Position numbers and translations under genes: made by a program
Assembly (NCBI RefSeq): GCF_006345805.1
Contig: NC_043002.1
Coordinates: 57,164,001-57,228,000, forward strand
DNA length: 64,000 nucleotides
Direction: 5' to 3'
Origin: Octopus sinensis
Taxonomy: Eukaryota
The notes under the pieces: model-generated
Databases searched by the model: none
Seen by the model: the letters and a program-made list of their open reading frames with translations, nothing else
What the model was told of the DNA's origin: nothing
Shown here: positions 1 to 11,970 of the stretch, piece by piece
Layout: each line of letters begins with the position of its first letter
Position numbering within the stretch: the first letter of the stretch is position 1

Positions 1-94
1 GGAGGATGGGAAAGATCCAGAGAAGGGAAGACAGAGGGGAAAAAATCGCCAACGGTACACACGCAGTCATATTTTGAAAGACCATAAATATATA

Positions 95-400
95 TATGCA
101 TATGTGGGCACAGGACGTCACAAATCATAAACAACAAAAAATACGAAGTATGAGTGCATTGTAAAGCACAAATGGAAAACAAGACAAACAACATAAAGAA
201 CGACCCTTCATCAGTTTCGAGCATTTCACGAGATATGCCTTCGATAAAACAGCTGCTCCTGCAAAGCAAATTAAATAAAATTTGGGATTTTGCGGAGAGT
301 CAAAATTGTCAACAAAAACAGAATAGTGAAAACAAATAGGAAGGGCTGCTAAGCCTAAACGAGGTTGTGGTGGTGAATGTGTAAAAACAAGCTTGGACAT
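95..400. repeat. TA-embedded dispersed repeat (family E), probably a Penelope-like terminal-repeat fragment
   Basis: Shares the GTACAGGAC...AACATAAAGAAC..CCCTTCATCAG motifs with copies at 560-712, 6822-7070, 10585-10760 and 21912-22175. The minus strand reads CTGATGAAGGG. The PLE link is inferred. Confidence 0.4.
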
Positions 401-427
401 ATATATATATATACATTTATATATACA

Positions 428-463
<36 letters not shown>

Positions 464-559
464 TGTTTATTTTGTTTATTTCCGTAAACCTGCCTTCGTC
501 TTTTGTCTATTTTCATAAAGCTTCCCGTTATATATATATATATATATGTAATAACAATT

Positions 560-706
560 TAATAAATAAAACATATGCATACATACATACATATATGTAC
601 ATACCTACATCTATATGTATATATACATGCGTATATGAGTACAGGACACCACAAATAAACGTAGAATACAACGAGAAACGAAAACATAAAACCAAACAAG
701 GAAACG

Positions 707-712
<6 letters not shown>
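560..712. repeat. Family E repeat fragment between (TA)n tracts
   Basis: AATAAATAAAACATATGCATACATAC...GTACAGGACACC...GAGAAACGAAAACATAA is nearly identical to 6822-6960 and 21912-22050. Confidence 0.6.
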
Positions 713-762
<50 letters not shown>

Positions 763-856
763 GGTGTGTGTGTGTGTGTGTGGTGTGTGTGTGTGTGTGT
801 GTGTGTGTGTATTTGAATACATATATGGTGTAGCTGCTAATTTAATATGCACTAGC

Positions 857-894
<38 letters not shown>

Positions 895-949
895 TAATAA
901 TAATAATAATAATAAAAATAATAATACTGAAACTCAGTGCCATTATGTT

Positions 950-1470
950 CGATTAGACACAGGTATATTGCTGACTAGTATGAATAGGGCTCTAAACATC
1001 TTTCCAACAAACTCCCAGTCTTGTGTCAGTGTAAGCTTTAGCAGTTTCTGAGCAATTACGAAGTCAAGCATTGAACGGTTGAAATCGGTTTATAATAAAC
1101 CAACCTTACATACTACTTTCAATTTCCAAGGGAAGTCATTTGAATTTTTGCGAGTATGGTAACATTCTCGCCTTTGCCTAGAACGTTCCTTCTCAAAAAC
1201 TTTTAACTATTGCTTCGACTTTCAGGGCCACCTTTGCAATTTTCAGCATCCACTCCTTTTTTTAATCTGCATACATGTAATAACGAGCTGGAGGATTTTA
1301 GTTCTGGGTGAAAGTTTAACACGGATGACTGGCACAATACAACTCCACTATTACATGAGCTGACATTGGTGCATAATCGCTTGAGCTTAGTTCATGATCT
1401 AATCTCTAGTACGAGACTTCGTTCAAATTTAGGCTCAATTTCTTTGTCCTTCATGTTTGTCCATGTAAAT
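950..1470 (-). mobile_element. Possible highly decayed pogo/Tigger-like transposase remnant
   Basis: Stop-riddled minus-strand translation has loose resemblance to the CENP-B HTH/DDE layout (LVLEIRS...NSGVVL...KVGLL...GKMFRALFI). Weak. Confidence 0.2.
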
Positions 1471-1689
1471 ATCAATTGAAATTTAATTTCATTTTCCAAT
1501 TTATAGTTGTATTTTCTACTTGTTCACACAGACACACACACACACACACAGACACACACAGACACGTTGGTTTCTCTGATCACGTGTGCCTTGACAGATG
1601 TCTATATAAAAATGTGGGTCGATTATGAGACTAACAGATGACATTGACAGCTAGAATGAACGATGCTCAAGCAATATATACATAATTAT

Positions 1690-2108
1690 ATGCACACTAA
1701 AGTCAGGACGTTACCTATCAGGTTACAAGTGTAGTGGCAGCCTCCAATGCATGTATAGGAATATTCACAAATACTGACAATGTCTTTTAAATTATACTTT
1801 TCCAAATACTTTTTATCAACCTCTATGGCTACGATCCATATGCTTGTACGTACGTACGTACGTACGTACGTACGTACGTATGTATGTATGTATGTATGTA
1901 TGTATGTATGTATGTATGTATGTATGTATGTATGTATGTATGTGTGTATGTATGTATACACACACATTACACACGCACATATGCAGGTGTGTATGTATGC
2001 ATGTACACTCACATAGGACGTTACCTAACGCTACAAGTGCAGCGAAAGTCTTTATTGCATGTAGAGAAATACCCACAAATGTTGACATTGTCTTTCAAAT
2101 GACATTTT
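1690..2108 (+). repeat. Diverged ~105 bp direct repeat flanking (TACG)n(TATG)n
   Basis: AGGACGTTACCTA..TACAAGTG..GCATGTA..AATA..CACAAAT..TGACA.TGTCTTT.AAAT occurs at about 1705-1797 and 2015-2108. Confidence 0.75.
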
Positions 2109-2129
2109 AGTTTATTGTTTATAATTCAT

Positions 2130-2547
2130 ATTCTTTTATTTGTTTCAGTCATTTGACTACGGCCATGCTGGAGCACCGCTTTTGGTCGAGCAAATCGACC
2201 CACCCCAGGATTTATTCTTTGTAAGCCTAGTACTTATTCTATCGGTCTCTTTTGCTGAACCACTAACCTACGGGGACGTAAACATACCAACATCAGTTTT
2301 CAATTGATGGTGGGAGACAAACAGACACACAAGCATACACACATACACACACACACACGCACACACACACACATATATATACGACGGGCTTCTTTCAGTT
2401 TCCATCTGCCAAATCCACTCACAAGGCTTTGGTCGGCCCGAAGCTACAGTAGAAGACACATGTCCAGAGTGCCACGCAGCGGGACTGAACCCGGAACCAT
2501 GTGGCTGGTAAACAAACTACTAACTACTATGCCACTTCTGCGCCTAT
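2130..2547 (-). mobile_element. tRNA-derived SINE, family A (octopus OK/OR-type)
   Basis: Head has an A-box-like TGGCATAGTAG and a B-box-like GGTTCAGTCCC, followed by an internal CA/TA microsatellite and the tail GTCAAATGACTGAAACAAATAAAAG. Many copies occur in the window. Confidence 0.85.
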
Positions 2548-2700
2548 AACCACTCCCGTTATTCACATTTCGAAGTATGTATTGTTATTGGGTTTAACAA
2601 ACAGTTTATCATAAAATCACATTTACGTGTTTTAAAAGTTTTTATTTAAACAATACTTGAATAGATACTACCTCAAAGACCTCTTTGTCTCGAGTAACTA

Positions 2701-2932
2701 TAGGGTGTTCAAAAAGTCTCTCTCCGCAGTATTGTATTGCAAAATGACTATTTATAAGATAGTATAAGACTATAAAAGAATATATTAGACTTTACAAGAC
2801 TTTATAAAACTTTATAAGAGGTGTTGAAAGTGTCGTCCTTCATTTTCAGTACATAAGTTGACTCTTCTGCACATGTTTTGAAATACATCTTGGAGAAAAA
2901 AATTCGCTGCGGAGAGATTTTTGAACACCCTG
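2701..2932. mobile_element. Tc1/mariner-type MITE
   Basis: TIRs TAGGGTGTTCAAAAAGTCTCTCTCCGCAG and CTGCGGAGAGATTTTTGAACACCCTG, with TA on both sides (2699-2700, 2933-2934). No ORF. Confidence 0.85.
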
Positions 2933-3372
2933 TATATAAAATTTTTCACTGTTTCCATCAGGAGTTGCTACCACAATGGCTTAAAACATTAACGACCTAT
3001 GTGAAAGCAATTTGAATTCACTGAGAACGAAAGAAGACAGCGATCTCATCTTACAGCACCCGTCATTGTGTTTCTAACCACTTACAACTGACTTACATTT
3101 TGTAAGAAAGAAAATAGAATTTTTGTGACGATTATAACTGCATTCAAAGGTTTTAGTGACCTAAGTGAAATTTTATAGTCGATGTAGTTTCAATTACAGC
3201 TGTCAATAAACAGCTCCGAAAAGGAAATTATTCAAAACTCTGATGGAATTGTTGTAAAGCCTCTCTCTTCCCTTCACATGTCAGGATGCTGCATAACAAG
3301 TTGTAGGTGCAGTGACAGGTTTTATTGCCTGTATAGAAGTAGCCACAAATGTTGGCAAAGTCTTTTAAATGA

Positions 3373-3496
3373 TACTTATTTTATTGAACCTGAAAGGATG
3401 ACAGGTAAAGTCATCCTCGGCAGAATTTGAACTCAGAACATAAAAACGGACGAAGCATTTTGTACGGCGTGCTAACGATTTTGCCAGCTCGCCGCC
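3373..3496 (-). mobile_element. SINE family B fragment
   Basis: Minus strand reads GGCGAGCTGGCAAAATCGTTAGCACGCCG...GAGTTCAAATTCTGCCGAGG. Confidence 0.8.
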
Positions 3497-3519
3497 TTCA
3501 CAAACATGATAATAATAAT

Positions 3520-3746
3520 TTCTTTCTTACCCACAGGGGCTAAACATAGACGGGACAAACAAAGACAGACAAAGGGTTTCAGTCGATTACATCGACACCA
3601 GTGCGTAACTGGTACTTATTTAATCGACCCCGAAAGGATGAAAGGCAAAGTCGACCTCGGCGGAATTTGAACTCAGAACGTAACGGCAGACGAAATACCG
3701 CTAGGCATTTCGCCCAGCGTGCTAACGATTCTGCCAGCTCGCCGCC
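3520..3746 (-). mobile_element. SINE family B, full length
   Basis: Head GGCGAGCTGGCAGAATCGTTAGC, B-box GAGTTCAAATTCC, body GGGGTCGATTAAATAAGTACCAG, and an A/T-rich tail. Confidence 0.85.
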
Positions 3747-4429
3747 CTCAATCATGGTAATAATGATGATTATTATAATGAAAAAAATCGACCTTGTTCA
3801 CAAGTTTACCCTCCATCGCCAACTAAGCAAATTTCGTTCTCGCACTCATGCCTCCCCATTCGAAAAATATCAAAATGGCAACGCTTTTCCTTTCGTCCGA
3901 TATCAACGTGAACAACCAGACTGTCAGAACCCTCCCTCCTTACCTCTTTCATTTTCCAACCGTGGCTTTTTCTGTAACAAAGAAAACGTGAGCTTAATGA
4001 ATTCTGAACAGGAAGTCGGCTAATCTTGACTGAATGTTTTGATCTACAAACTTAAATTACTTTCCAGAATTTTCACCGGGGAAATCGAATAAACAGTCAA
4101 GTTACATTCACCTTTCGCCTGTTTCCTTTGCTGACCTCTCCGTTGGGTGAAAGTCGAAATATGCCTTATCATTTTCGACAATAGATTTACAAGTCATTTT
4201 GGGAGAAGAAATAAAAAATAACAAAAGGGATTGTGATATCTTTCATCTTCTGTGATCCCTACTTTCAATTTAATTTATTTTATGTTGCTTCCTTCTTCTC
4301 CCTAACATTATTTACATAAAAAAGATTTATCTTCCAATGACTGCCGAGGAAATAATTTATTAGAGGCCTGCCTTTTAGCTAATGAAGACAAATACAGCAA
4401 AATGTTGTGGTTGTTGTTCTACTTTCTCC

Positions 4430-4742
4430 TGTTCCTCCTCCTCATCTTCCTTCTCTTTCTCCTCTTTTTTGTCTTCCTTCTCTTCGTCTTCCGCCACTTC
4501 TTCTTCTTCTTTTTCTTCTTCTTCTTCTTCTTCTTCTTCTTCTTCTTCTTCTTCCCCACCCTCCTCCTCCCCCTCTTCTTCTTCTTCTTCCTCCCCACCC
4601 TCCTCCTCTTCCTCTTCTTCTTCTTCTTCCTCCTCCTCCTCTTCTTCTTCTTCTTCTTCTTCTTTTATTCGTCTTCTCCTCTCCTCCTCCTCTTTCTTTT
4701 CTTCTTCTCTTCTTCTTATTTTCTCTCCTCCTCCTCCTTCTT

Positions 4743-4773
<31 letters not shown>

Positions 4774-4945
4774 TTCTTCTCCTCCTCCTCTTCTTCTTCC
4801 TCCTCCTCCTCTTCTTCTTCCTTCTCCTCCTCCTCTTCTTCTTCTTCTTCTTCTTCTTCTTCTTCCTCCTCCTCTTCTTCTTCCTCCTCCTCCACCTGTT
4901 CTTCTTCCTCTTGTTCTTCTTCTTCTTCCTCCTCCTCATCATCAT
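4430..4945. repeat. (CTT)n/(CCT)n compound trinucleotide tract
   Basis: About 515 bp of near-pure polypyrimidine. It explains the long low-complexity ORFs at 4382-5358. Confidence 0.95.
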
Positions 4946-5010
4946 TTAATGGTCTGCTTTCCATGCTGGCATCGGTTGGATTCACGTATGTATGTATGTA
5001 TGTATGTATG

Positions 5011-5041
<31 letters not shown>

Positions 5042-5042
5042 G

Positions 5043-5076
<34 letters not shown>

Positions 5077-5169
5077 TGTATGTATGTATGTATATATGTA
5101 TGCATGTATGTATTATGTGCGTGTGCGCGCGCGCGTGCGTGCATGTGTGTGTGTGTGTGTGTGTATGTG

Positions 5170-5241
5170 AGTGAAGGCGTTTTGGCTCGGTGGTTAGGGG
5201 TGTTGCACACACGATTGCGAGATCGTGGGTTCCATTCCCAG
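5170..5241 (+). mobile_element. tRNA-like SINE head (family C-like) cut by an assembly gap
   Basis: TGGCTCGGTGGTTAGGG...GGTTCCATTCCC (A/B boxes); resembles 10208-10270. Confidence 0.6.
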
Positions 5242-5341
5242 NNNNNNNNNNNNNNNNNNNNNNNNNNNNNNNNNNNNNNNNNNNNNNNNNNNNNNNNNNN
5301 NNNNNNNNNNNNNNNNNNNNNNNNNNNNNNNNNNNNNNNNN
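5242..5341. other. Assembly gap (100 N)
   Basis: Run of exactly 100 N. Confidence 1.
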
Positions 5342-5720
5342 TAAGTTTAAATTATTAATTTAAATAATTTTTAAATTTTAACTTTAATTGAAATATTTTA
5401 ATTCGGAATTTTATATTTTATATTTTATATTTTTTTAAGTAATTTTATTTCTATGTATTGACTTATGATTTTCACTGTTTGATATGCCTAATAGTGGTTT
5501 TATCTCTAATTTAATATAATATATATATATATATTCATGTGAAGGTACATGGCTCAAGCAAAAAATAAACAAACAGAGAAACAAAACATACAAAACATAT
5601 ATATATATATGGTTGGCGTGCGAAGCAGTCTTGTGAAATAAACAAACTTTTCGATTAGTTCAAATAAATTTGTGACATATTTCAGACACACACACACACG
5701 TGCACACACACACGTGCACA

Positions 5721-5777
<57 letters not shown>

Positions 5778-6052
5778 CGTGCGCACACGCACACAGATTT
5801 AAGAAAATGAAACGTTACAGCTTCGTCTGAGCCTCGAATATGAAGTTATAGGATGTTATTCTGGTACTCAGCTCTGAGTTTTAATACCTGAAACAGCTGT
5901 AAACTAATGCAGTTCGTAAGATAATTCATTATTCCTTTGTCAGCTCATTTTCTCATTACTGTTCTTTACTCGTCTAACGCCTCGCTCCGAAGTATATGTA
6001 TATTGAGTTCTACGCCTGGTTATTAGCTTATTAATCTCACACTGCCTAAACG

Positions 6053-6160
<108 letters not shown>

Positions 6161-6443
6161 GTATATATATATGGATATACATATATAGATATATATTTAT
6201 ATATACACTATATATACATATATATACATATATATACATGTATATATAAATATGTATGCATATATATATATCATAGGTATATATATAAACATTTTAGTGG
6301 GAAACCACTATGTGGACACCCATATGCTAGAAATAGATCCGCTATGGTCTTAGCACTAAGAAATGTTCTCAAGAAAAATTTAGCAAAACAACCAAAACGT
6401 AATCGAGCAAGACAAAAGAAAAAGCAATAAAAATATGGATTAT

Positions 6444-6515
6444 TCGCATACATGTTTCACTATTAACATATTACGTAATTTTTCTTACATAAATATCCGT
6501 AGATCATCGGTGCGA
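6444..6515 (-). ncRNA. Minimal type-I hammerhead-like motif, U4C core
   Basis: TCGCA-CCGATGA-[helix II ~45 nt]-GAAAC-AT-GTA-TGCGA. Stem I is a perfect 5 bp, stem III is palindromic (ACATGT), and the cleavage triplet is GUA. Confidence 0.7.
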
Positions 6516-6691
6516 CCGTCCAGATGAATATAATTTGCAGGACTGTATACTAGGATAATTTAAATTTATATATGTATACACACACACACCACACACACAC
6601 ACACACACACATATATAGATGCATATATATATGGATATATATAGATGTATATATGTATGTATATATATACATATATATATTATATATAGAT

Positions 6692-6722
<31 letters not shown>

Positions 6723-6757
6723 GTATATATGTATGTATATATATACATATCTATATA

Positions 6758-6821
<64 letters not shown>

Positions 6822-7067
6822 CAAAATAATAAATAAGACATATGCATATATACATACATATATGTACGTACCTACATCTATATGTATATATACATGCATA
6901 TATGGGTACAGGACACCAAAAGATCATCGAACACAATGAGAAACGAAAAATAAAATCAGAACCATGGAAACGGATATTTTTTTAAACAACAAAAAACAGG
7001 GTACAAGACATACAACACAAGGAAAATTCCCCTTCTTCAGCCGCCTCCGTTTCGTCTAATCCGTTTT

Positions 7068-7070
<3 letters not shown>
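6822..7070. repeat. Family E repeat between (TA)n tracts
   Basis: Near-colinear with 21912-22160 (GGAAAATTCCCCTTCTTCAG motif). Confidence 0.65.
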
Positions 7071-7118
<48 letters not shown>

Positions 7119-7207
7119 ATATATTATATATATTATATAATCTGTGTGCGTGTACATATATGTATATATATATGTATATATATGTTTGTTTTACATTTCT
7201 TTCGTCA

Positions 7208-7451
7208 GTTTTACTTGCTTAAGTCATTTGACTGTGGCCATGCTGGAGCACCGCTTTTAGTCGAACAAATCGACCCCAGGACTTGTTCTTTGTAAGCGCA
7301 GTACTTATTCTGGTCGGTCGTTTGGCCAAACCGCTAGCTTACGGCGACATAACACCCACATCGGTTCTCAAGCGATGGTGGCTGATAACACACACACAAC
7401 ATACATACATACATACATACATACATACATACATACATACATCATACATAC

Positions 7452-7514
<63 letters not shown>

Positions 7515-7662
7515 GACGTGCTTCTTTCAGTTTCCCTCTACCATATCCACTCACAGGGCTTTGGTCGGCCTGATGCTATAGTAGAAGACACTTGGTCAAG
7601 GTGTCACGCAGTGGGACTGAACCCGGAACCATGTAGCTGGGAAGCAAGCTTCTTACCACACA
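7208..7662 (-). mobile_element. SINE family A
   Basis: Same head, tail and internal microsatellite as 2130-2547. Confidence 0.85.
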
Positions 7663-7685
7663 CACATACATATATATATACATGT

Positions 7686-7720
<35 letters not shown>

Positions 7721-7849
7721 AAGAAAGAGAGAGGGAGAGAATGGTGGGTGGTACGGAGGGATGAGAGATTTCTTAAAGCTGTTTTCCATTTTCAATGATA
7801 TTCTTTCTCTGTTCTCTTCTTCCTCTTTCTTTTCTCCGTCTGCCCCTTC

Positions 7850-8050
7850 GGCCTCATTCTCCCTCGTCACCGTCACCTGACCAAAAGAAATTCTTTCGTC
7901 TCCACATACACCAACTTAATGCCTCTGAGAATTCTAAAAGTCGCACAGACCAGTTTTGAGGTAAAATTTCTCTTTGAATTTCTGATAAAAAAATAAAATA
8001 AAAAGCTTTCCTTATTACATGACAGACAGGTTATCCTAGGTATTGCAAGA
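7850..8050 (-). mobile_element. Possible decayed CR1-like LINE 3' remnant
   Basis: Minus-strand translation ESFLFY...KLVCATFRILRGIKLV...R*RG resembles the post-RT ERL...DL..TFKILxG...TRGH region of CR1-type ORF2. Confidence 0.3.
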
Positions 8051-8289
8051 CAAGACGTGCAGCAAGAAAGAAGCAGCAAGACAGAAATAAAGAAAGGAAG
8101 AAGAAGAAGACAAGAAAGAAAGAAAGAAGAAATAAGAACAAGGGAAGAGAAAGAAAAAGGATACAAGAATAAGAAAAAGAAAGAAAAGAAGAAGAATAAA
8201 GAATAAGGAATGAAGAGAATGAAAAGAAAGAAAGAAAAGGGAAAAAAGAAGAAATAAATAAATAGTCTAAGAGGAAATTTTTTATCGTT

Positions 8290-9278
8290 TACCTTTTACT
8301 TGTTTCATTAGACTGCGGCCATGCTGGGGTACCGACTTGAAGACTTTTAATCAAACGAATTAGCCCCAATAGTTATTGCTTTTGTTTTGAAGCCTGGTAC
8401 TTATTCTATCGGTATATATTACCGAACCGCTAAGTTACGAGGATGTAAGCAGATGAACACCGGCTGTCAAGCTGTGCTGGATGAAAATACCAACGCACAC
8501 ACACACACACACACACAACACACACACACACAGACAATTACATTTTCTTATAAAGTATGTTCTTAAGTACACTTCACAATATAAGGGCTGTATTCAGAAG
8601 TGCTCATTGCGAGCTAAATCAAAGGGTAAGAGAAATTATAGAAGGAACACATCCAGGCAATCAATACAAATTCCAAAGCATAATTTAAAGCACACAATGA
8701 TATAAAGATAGATATAAATTTATATAAATAAATGAGTAGAATTACATGTTTTAAAAGTCATATGTGAAAACTATGCATCATGTACGTTGGGTTCACATAC
8801 TGAATGGAGTAGTGACAAATAAAGAGACAAAAATCCAAGGTAAAGGATTCCAAAAGGAATCGTTCAAATCGGTTAAGTATTTGATGTTTATATGAGTTAT
8901 CGGATGAGAGTTCAAAATTTAAGAATTCAGAGGTAAATAGATTTGGTAAATATTATTACATAAGATAAATATACAAACTTGGGGTTAAAGGATATCCTCT
9001 ACGGCCGTTTCAGGGCTACATTAAATGTATAAATGGTGTTTTAAGTATTCTATATACAAAAACATAACGCTCTCCTCATCAGGATGGTTCCCTTTGTTAT
9101 TTATATGTATATATATATACATATAAATAGACAGGCTTCTTTCAGTTTCTGCTTATCAATCCACTGACAAAGGTTTGGTCGGACACTTGCCCAAGATACC
9201 ATACAGTGGGATTGAACTAAGAGCCATGTAGTTGGGAAGCAAGCTTCTTACCTCGCACCATGCAACGCCAGCACCTAT
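8290..9278 (-). mobile_element. SINE family A split by a ~570 bp insertion in its internal microsatellite
   Basis: Tail half lies at 8290-8490 and head half at 9129-9278. An unrelated HHR-bearing segment (about 8535-9105) lies between the CA and TA tracts. Confidence 0.75.
8996..9087 (-). ncRNA. Hammerhead-like motif, canonical core, imperfect stem I
   Basis: CCATC-CTGATGA-[~60 nt]-CCCT-GAAAC-GGCC-GTA-GAGGA, with palindromic stem-loop III ACGGCCGT. Confidence 0.55.
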
Positions 9279-9399
9279 GAATGAAATGAAAGAGATAGAC
9301 TGCAGCGCCACCTCAGAACCAATAAAGCGGTTTCTTGTAAAACCAAAGAGCAACTTTGAACCAATCGAATATTTTTATGTACCACATTTGTGTAGCACA

Positions 9400-9444
<45 letters not shown>

Positions 9445-9724
9445 GACACACACACACATAGATTTCTTCGACTTAAATCGAGCCGAAACTATGGTGATTC
9501 TGGAAACTTTAACAGATGAGAGGATTTCCATGTTTGTTTGTTCTCTTCCGCTCTTTATTCCATGTTCCATATGGATCTCCACTATATATATATATATATA
9601 TACATACATACAAGGGTCGAAGTCACTGAGTATTGTGTAGTCCTTTTAATGTTAAATATATATGTGTGCGTGTGTGTGTGTATGTGTGTAACGATATAAA
9701 AACAAATATTAATACATGTATATG

Positions 9725-9910
9725 TGAAGGTGTGAAAATGCTTAGCAGCATTTCATCTGCCTTTACGTTTTGAGTTCGAATTCTGCCGAGGTCGGCTATG
9801 CCTTTCATTTTTTTGGGGTCGATAAAATAAGTACAAGATGAGCATTGGGGGTCGATGTAATCGACTTACCTCTTTCATTGGTGGCCTTGTACCAAAATTT
9901 GAAACCAATG
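9725..9910 (+). mobile_element. SINE family B (5'-trimmed)
   Basis: AAATGCTTAGC...GAGTTCGAATTCTGCCGAGG...GGGGTCGATAAAATAAGTAC. Confidence 0.75.
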
Positions 9911-10207
9911 TATGTATAAGTCTATACTCGGGCGGGAGTGCTCGCGCTCGCGCGCGTACTGTAAAGCGTGCGTAGGCATAGACAAATGGTTCGAAACAAG
10001 GGATGGGAGTTGTTTATGTTTATTGCAGATGGAACCACGCAAGTTGTTCGAATTTACGTCCCCAATCATCAGACGAGAGGAGCCAACTGCAATATCCTTA
10101 TATATATTTATAAAACTTACTTGGAAATGGATGCGTGGCGTTCGATCATATAATAATATAAATAATATATACATATATGTACATACCTATATATACATAT
10201 GTATATA

Positions 10208-10540
10208 CGCATGGCTCAGTGGTTAGAGCGTCGAGCTTACGATCGTGAGGTTGTGAGCTCGAATCCCGGTCCGGGTTGCATGTTGTGTTCTTGAGCAAGA
10301 CACTTTATTTCACGTTGCTCCAGTTCACTCAGCGTAGAAATGAGTTGCGACGTTACGGGTGCCAAGTTGTATCGGCCTTGCCTTCCCTTGGATAACACTG
10401 GTGGCGTGGAGAGAGAGGGGAGGCCGGTATGCATGGGCGACTGCTGGTCTTCCATAAACCACCTTGCCCAGACTTGTGACTAGGAGGGTAACTTTCTAGG
10501 TGCAATCCCATGGTCAGTGTCGTGACCGACGGGGGTCTAA
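10208..10540 (+). mobile_element. tRNA-derived SINE family C with a CORE-like central motif
   Basis: TGGCTCAGTGGTTAGAGC (A box), GAGCTCGAATCCC (B box), then GTGTTCTTGAGCAAGACACTTT, ending in an A-tail. Confidence 0.85.
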
Positions 10541-10549
10541 AAAAAAAGA

Positions 10550-10584
<35 letters not shown>

Positions 10585-11096
10585 ATACATGCATATATGA
10601 GTACAGGACGTCAAAAAATGTGAACAAAATGAGAAACGAGAACATAAAAAACTGAAACATAGAAAAACATTTTTTTCGAATTTTCGAACAACGAAAGAAG
10701 CAAACAGAGAAACGAGACAGGCAACATAAAGAACACTCCCTTCATCAGTTGTCCCTTGTTTTAAAAAGAGGATTCCGATAGAATCAGGTACTTGAAAGGT
10801 ATGCACCAGGTAGAGTTAAGTAATGCCTGTGGTTATGGTGAGTGATTGTTTGGAGTCGAGATATTGGGTATGATATTTGGGTTTTGTACACAGAGAAAAC
10901 CAATTCTATGAGTATTTAGCGCCGAAGGGTCTTGTCCATGTTACACGTTACTTTGATGGGTACGTTGTTGCTATACTCCAGGGTGTCCGAGCAATTCGTA
11001 AATTCCCTTGGTGTATTATAGTCAAATGAATAAAAAACGGACGATGGATAGGTGGCAGCTCATTACAGCTGTTTCTTACGTAACTTTTATGAAGAA
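10585..11096 (-). mobile_element. Penelope-like element-derived fragment (family E end plus HHR region)
   Basis: Carries the 3' half of an HHR at 11059-11075 and the CTGATGAAGGG motif at about 10736-10746. It is continuous with the family E end. No clear RT or GIY-YIG motif was recognised. Confidence 0.4.
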
Positions 11097-11521
11097 CTAG
11101 CAGTATCGCCCGGCGTTGCTCGGGTTTGTAAGGGAAATAACTATAAAGCATTTTTAGAGAGTTATAGCCAAAAAATAGCAAAAAAATGGAAAAAAAAAGA
11201 TGGTAAATTTTTTTGAGTTAAAAAGGTCGAGTTGCGTCCCCTAGACAGTCTGTGGTTTGTGTTTCTGACTCTCGACCCCATGTCGAATTTATCGATTTTT
11301 TTCAGAACTGGGGGAACTTTTCAAAATTTTCGCTGCGTTAGTTTTGAATTATGACATTGGGCTATGTGTGTGTCAAGTTTCATCAGAATCGGTTGAAAGC
11401 CGTGGTCAGGGTGAGGGTACAACCTAACAGACACACAGAAACACACACAGACAAACTGCCGTTTATATATATAGAGATGAGAACATTACATCATTATAAA
11501 AGAGCGTAGTCATCAGATGAG
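11059..11521 (-). ncRNA. Canonical hammerhead interrupted in loop II by a Helitron
   Basis: CTCAT-CTGATGA-(helix II 5' strand)-[Helitron 11097-11477]-(helix II 3' strand)-GAAAC-AGCT-GTA-ATGAG. Stem I is a perfect 5 bp; helix II segments TACG/CGTA and CTTTTAT/ATAAAAG pair across the insert. Confidence 0.75.
11097..11477 (-). mobile_element. Non-autonomous Helitron
   Basis: 5' TCTCTATATATATAAACGGCAG, 3' hairpin CCCGAGCAACGCCGGG plus CTAG, inserted between A and T with no TSD. Confidence 0.85.
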
Positions 11522-11528
11522 AGCATAA

Positions 11529-11560
<32 letters not shown>

Positions 11561-11562
<2 letters not shown>

Positions 11563-11760
11563 GATGGCGAGCTGGCAGAATCGTTAGCATTTCGGATAAC
11601 ATGCTTAGCGGCATGTTCTTCCGATTCTTTATATTTTGAGTCCAATATCCTGGTGAGGTCAATTTTACCTTTTATCCCCTCGGGGTAGATGAAATAAATA
11701 AAGTACCAGTCAAGTAATGGGATCGTTGAGACTGATTTGCTTCTTTCCCTCAAGAATTGC
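11561..11760 (+). mobile_element. SINE family B
   Basis: GGCGAGCTGGCAGAATCGTTAGC head and GGGGTAGATGAAATAAATAAGTACCAG body. Confidence 0.75.
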
Positions 11761-11888
11761 TAGACTTAGAGCCTGCAACGGTCTGGTGTCCCGTTCACCG
11801 GAAATGTTGAGATCTCCTCCTCTTACACACCGTGGAAACCAGGTATTCAGCTTCATGAGTTCTGGAGCTCTAGAAAAAATTGATTCCT

Positions 11889-11970
<82 letters not shown>

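Noticed and set aside
4382-5358. Long ORFs of 164-318 aa
   Set aside because: They are translations of (CTT/CCT)n and (TATG)n tracts, and one runs through the N gap.
5880-5910. GAAAC-AGCT-GTA half-hammerhead
   Set aside because: No recognisable CUGANGA upstream; at most a relic.
10208-10280. tRNA genes at SINE heads (also 5170, 21800, 49665)
   Set aside because: A/B boxes are present but there is no full cloverleaf, and each continues into a multi-copy SINE body.
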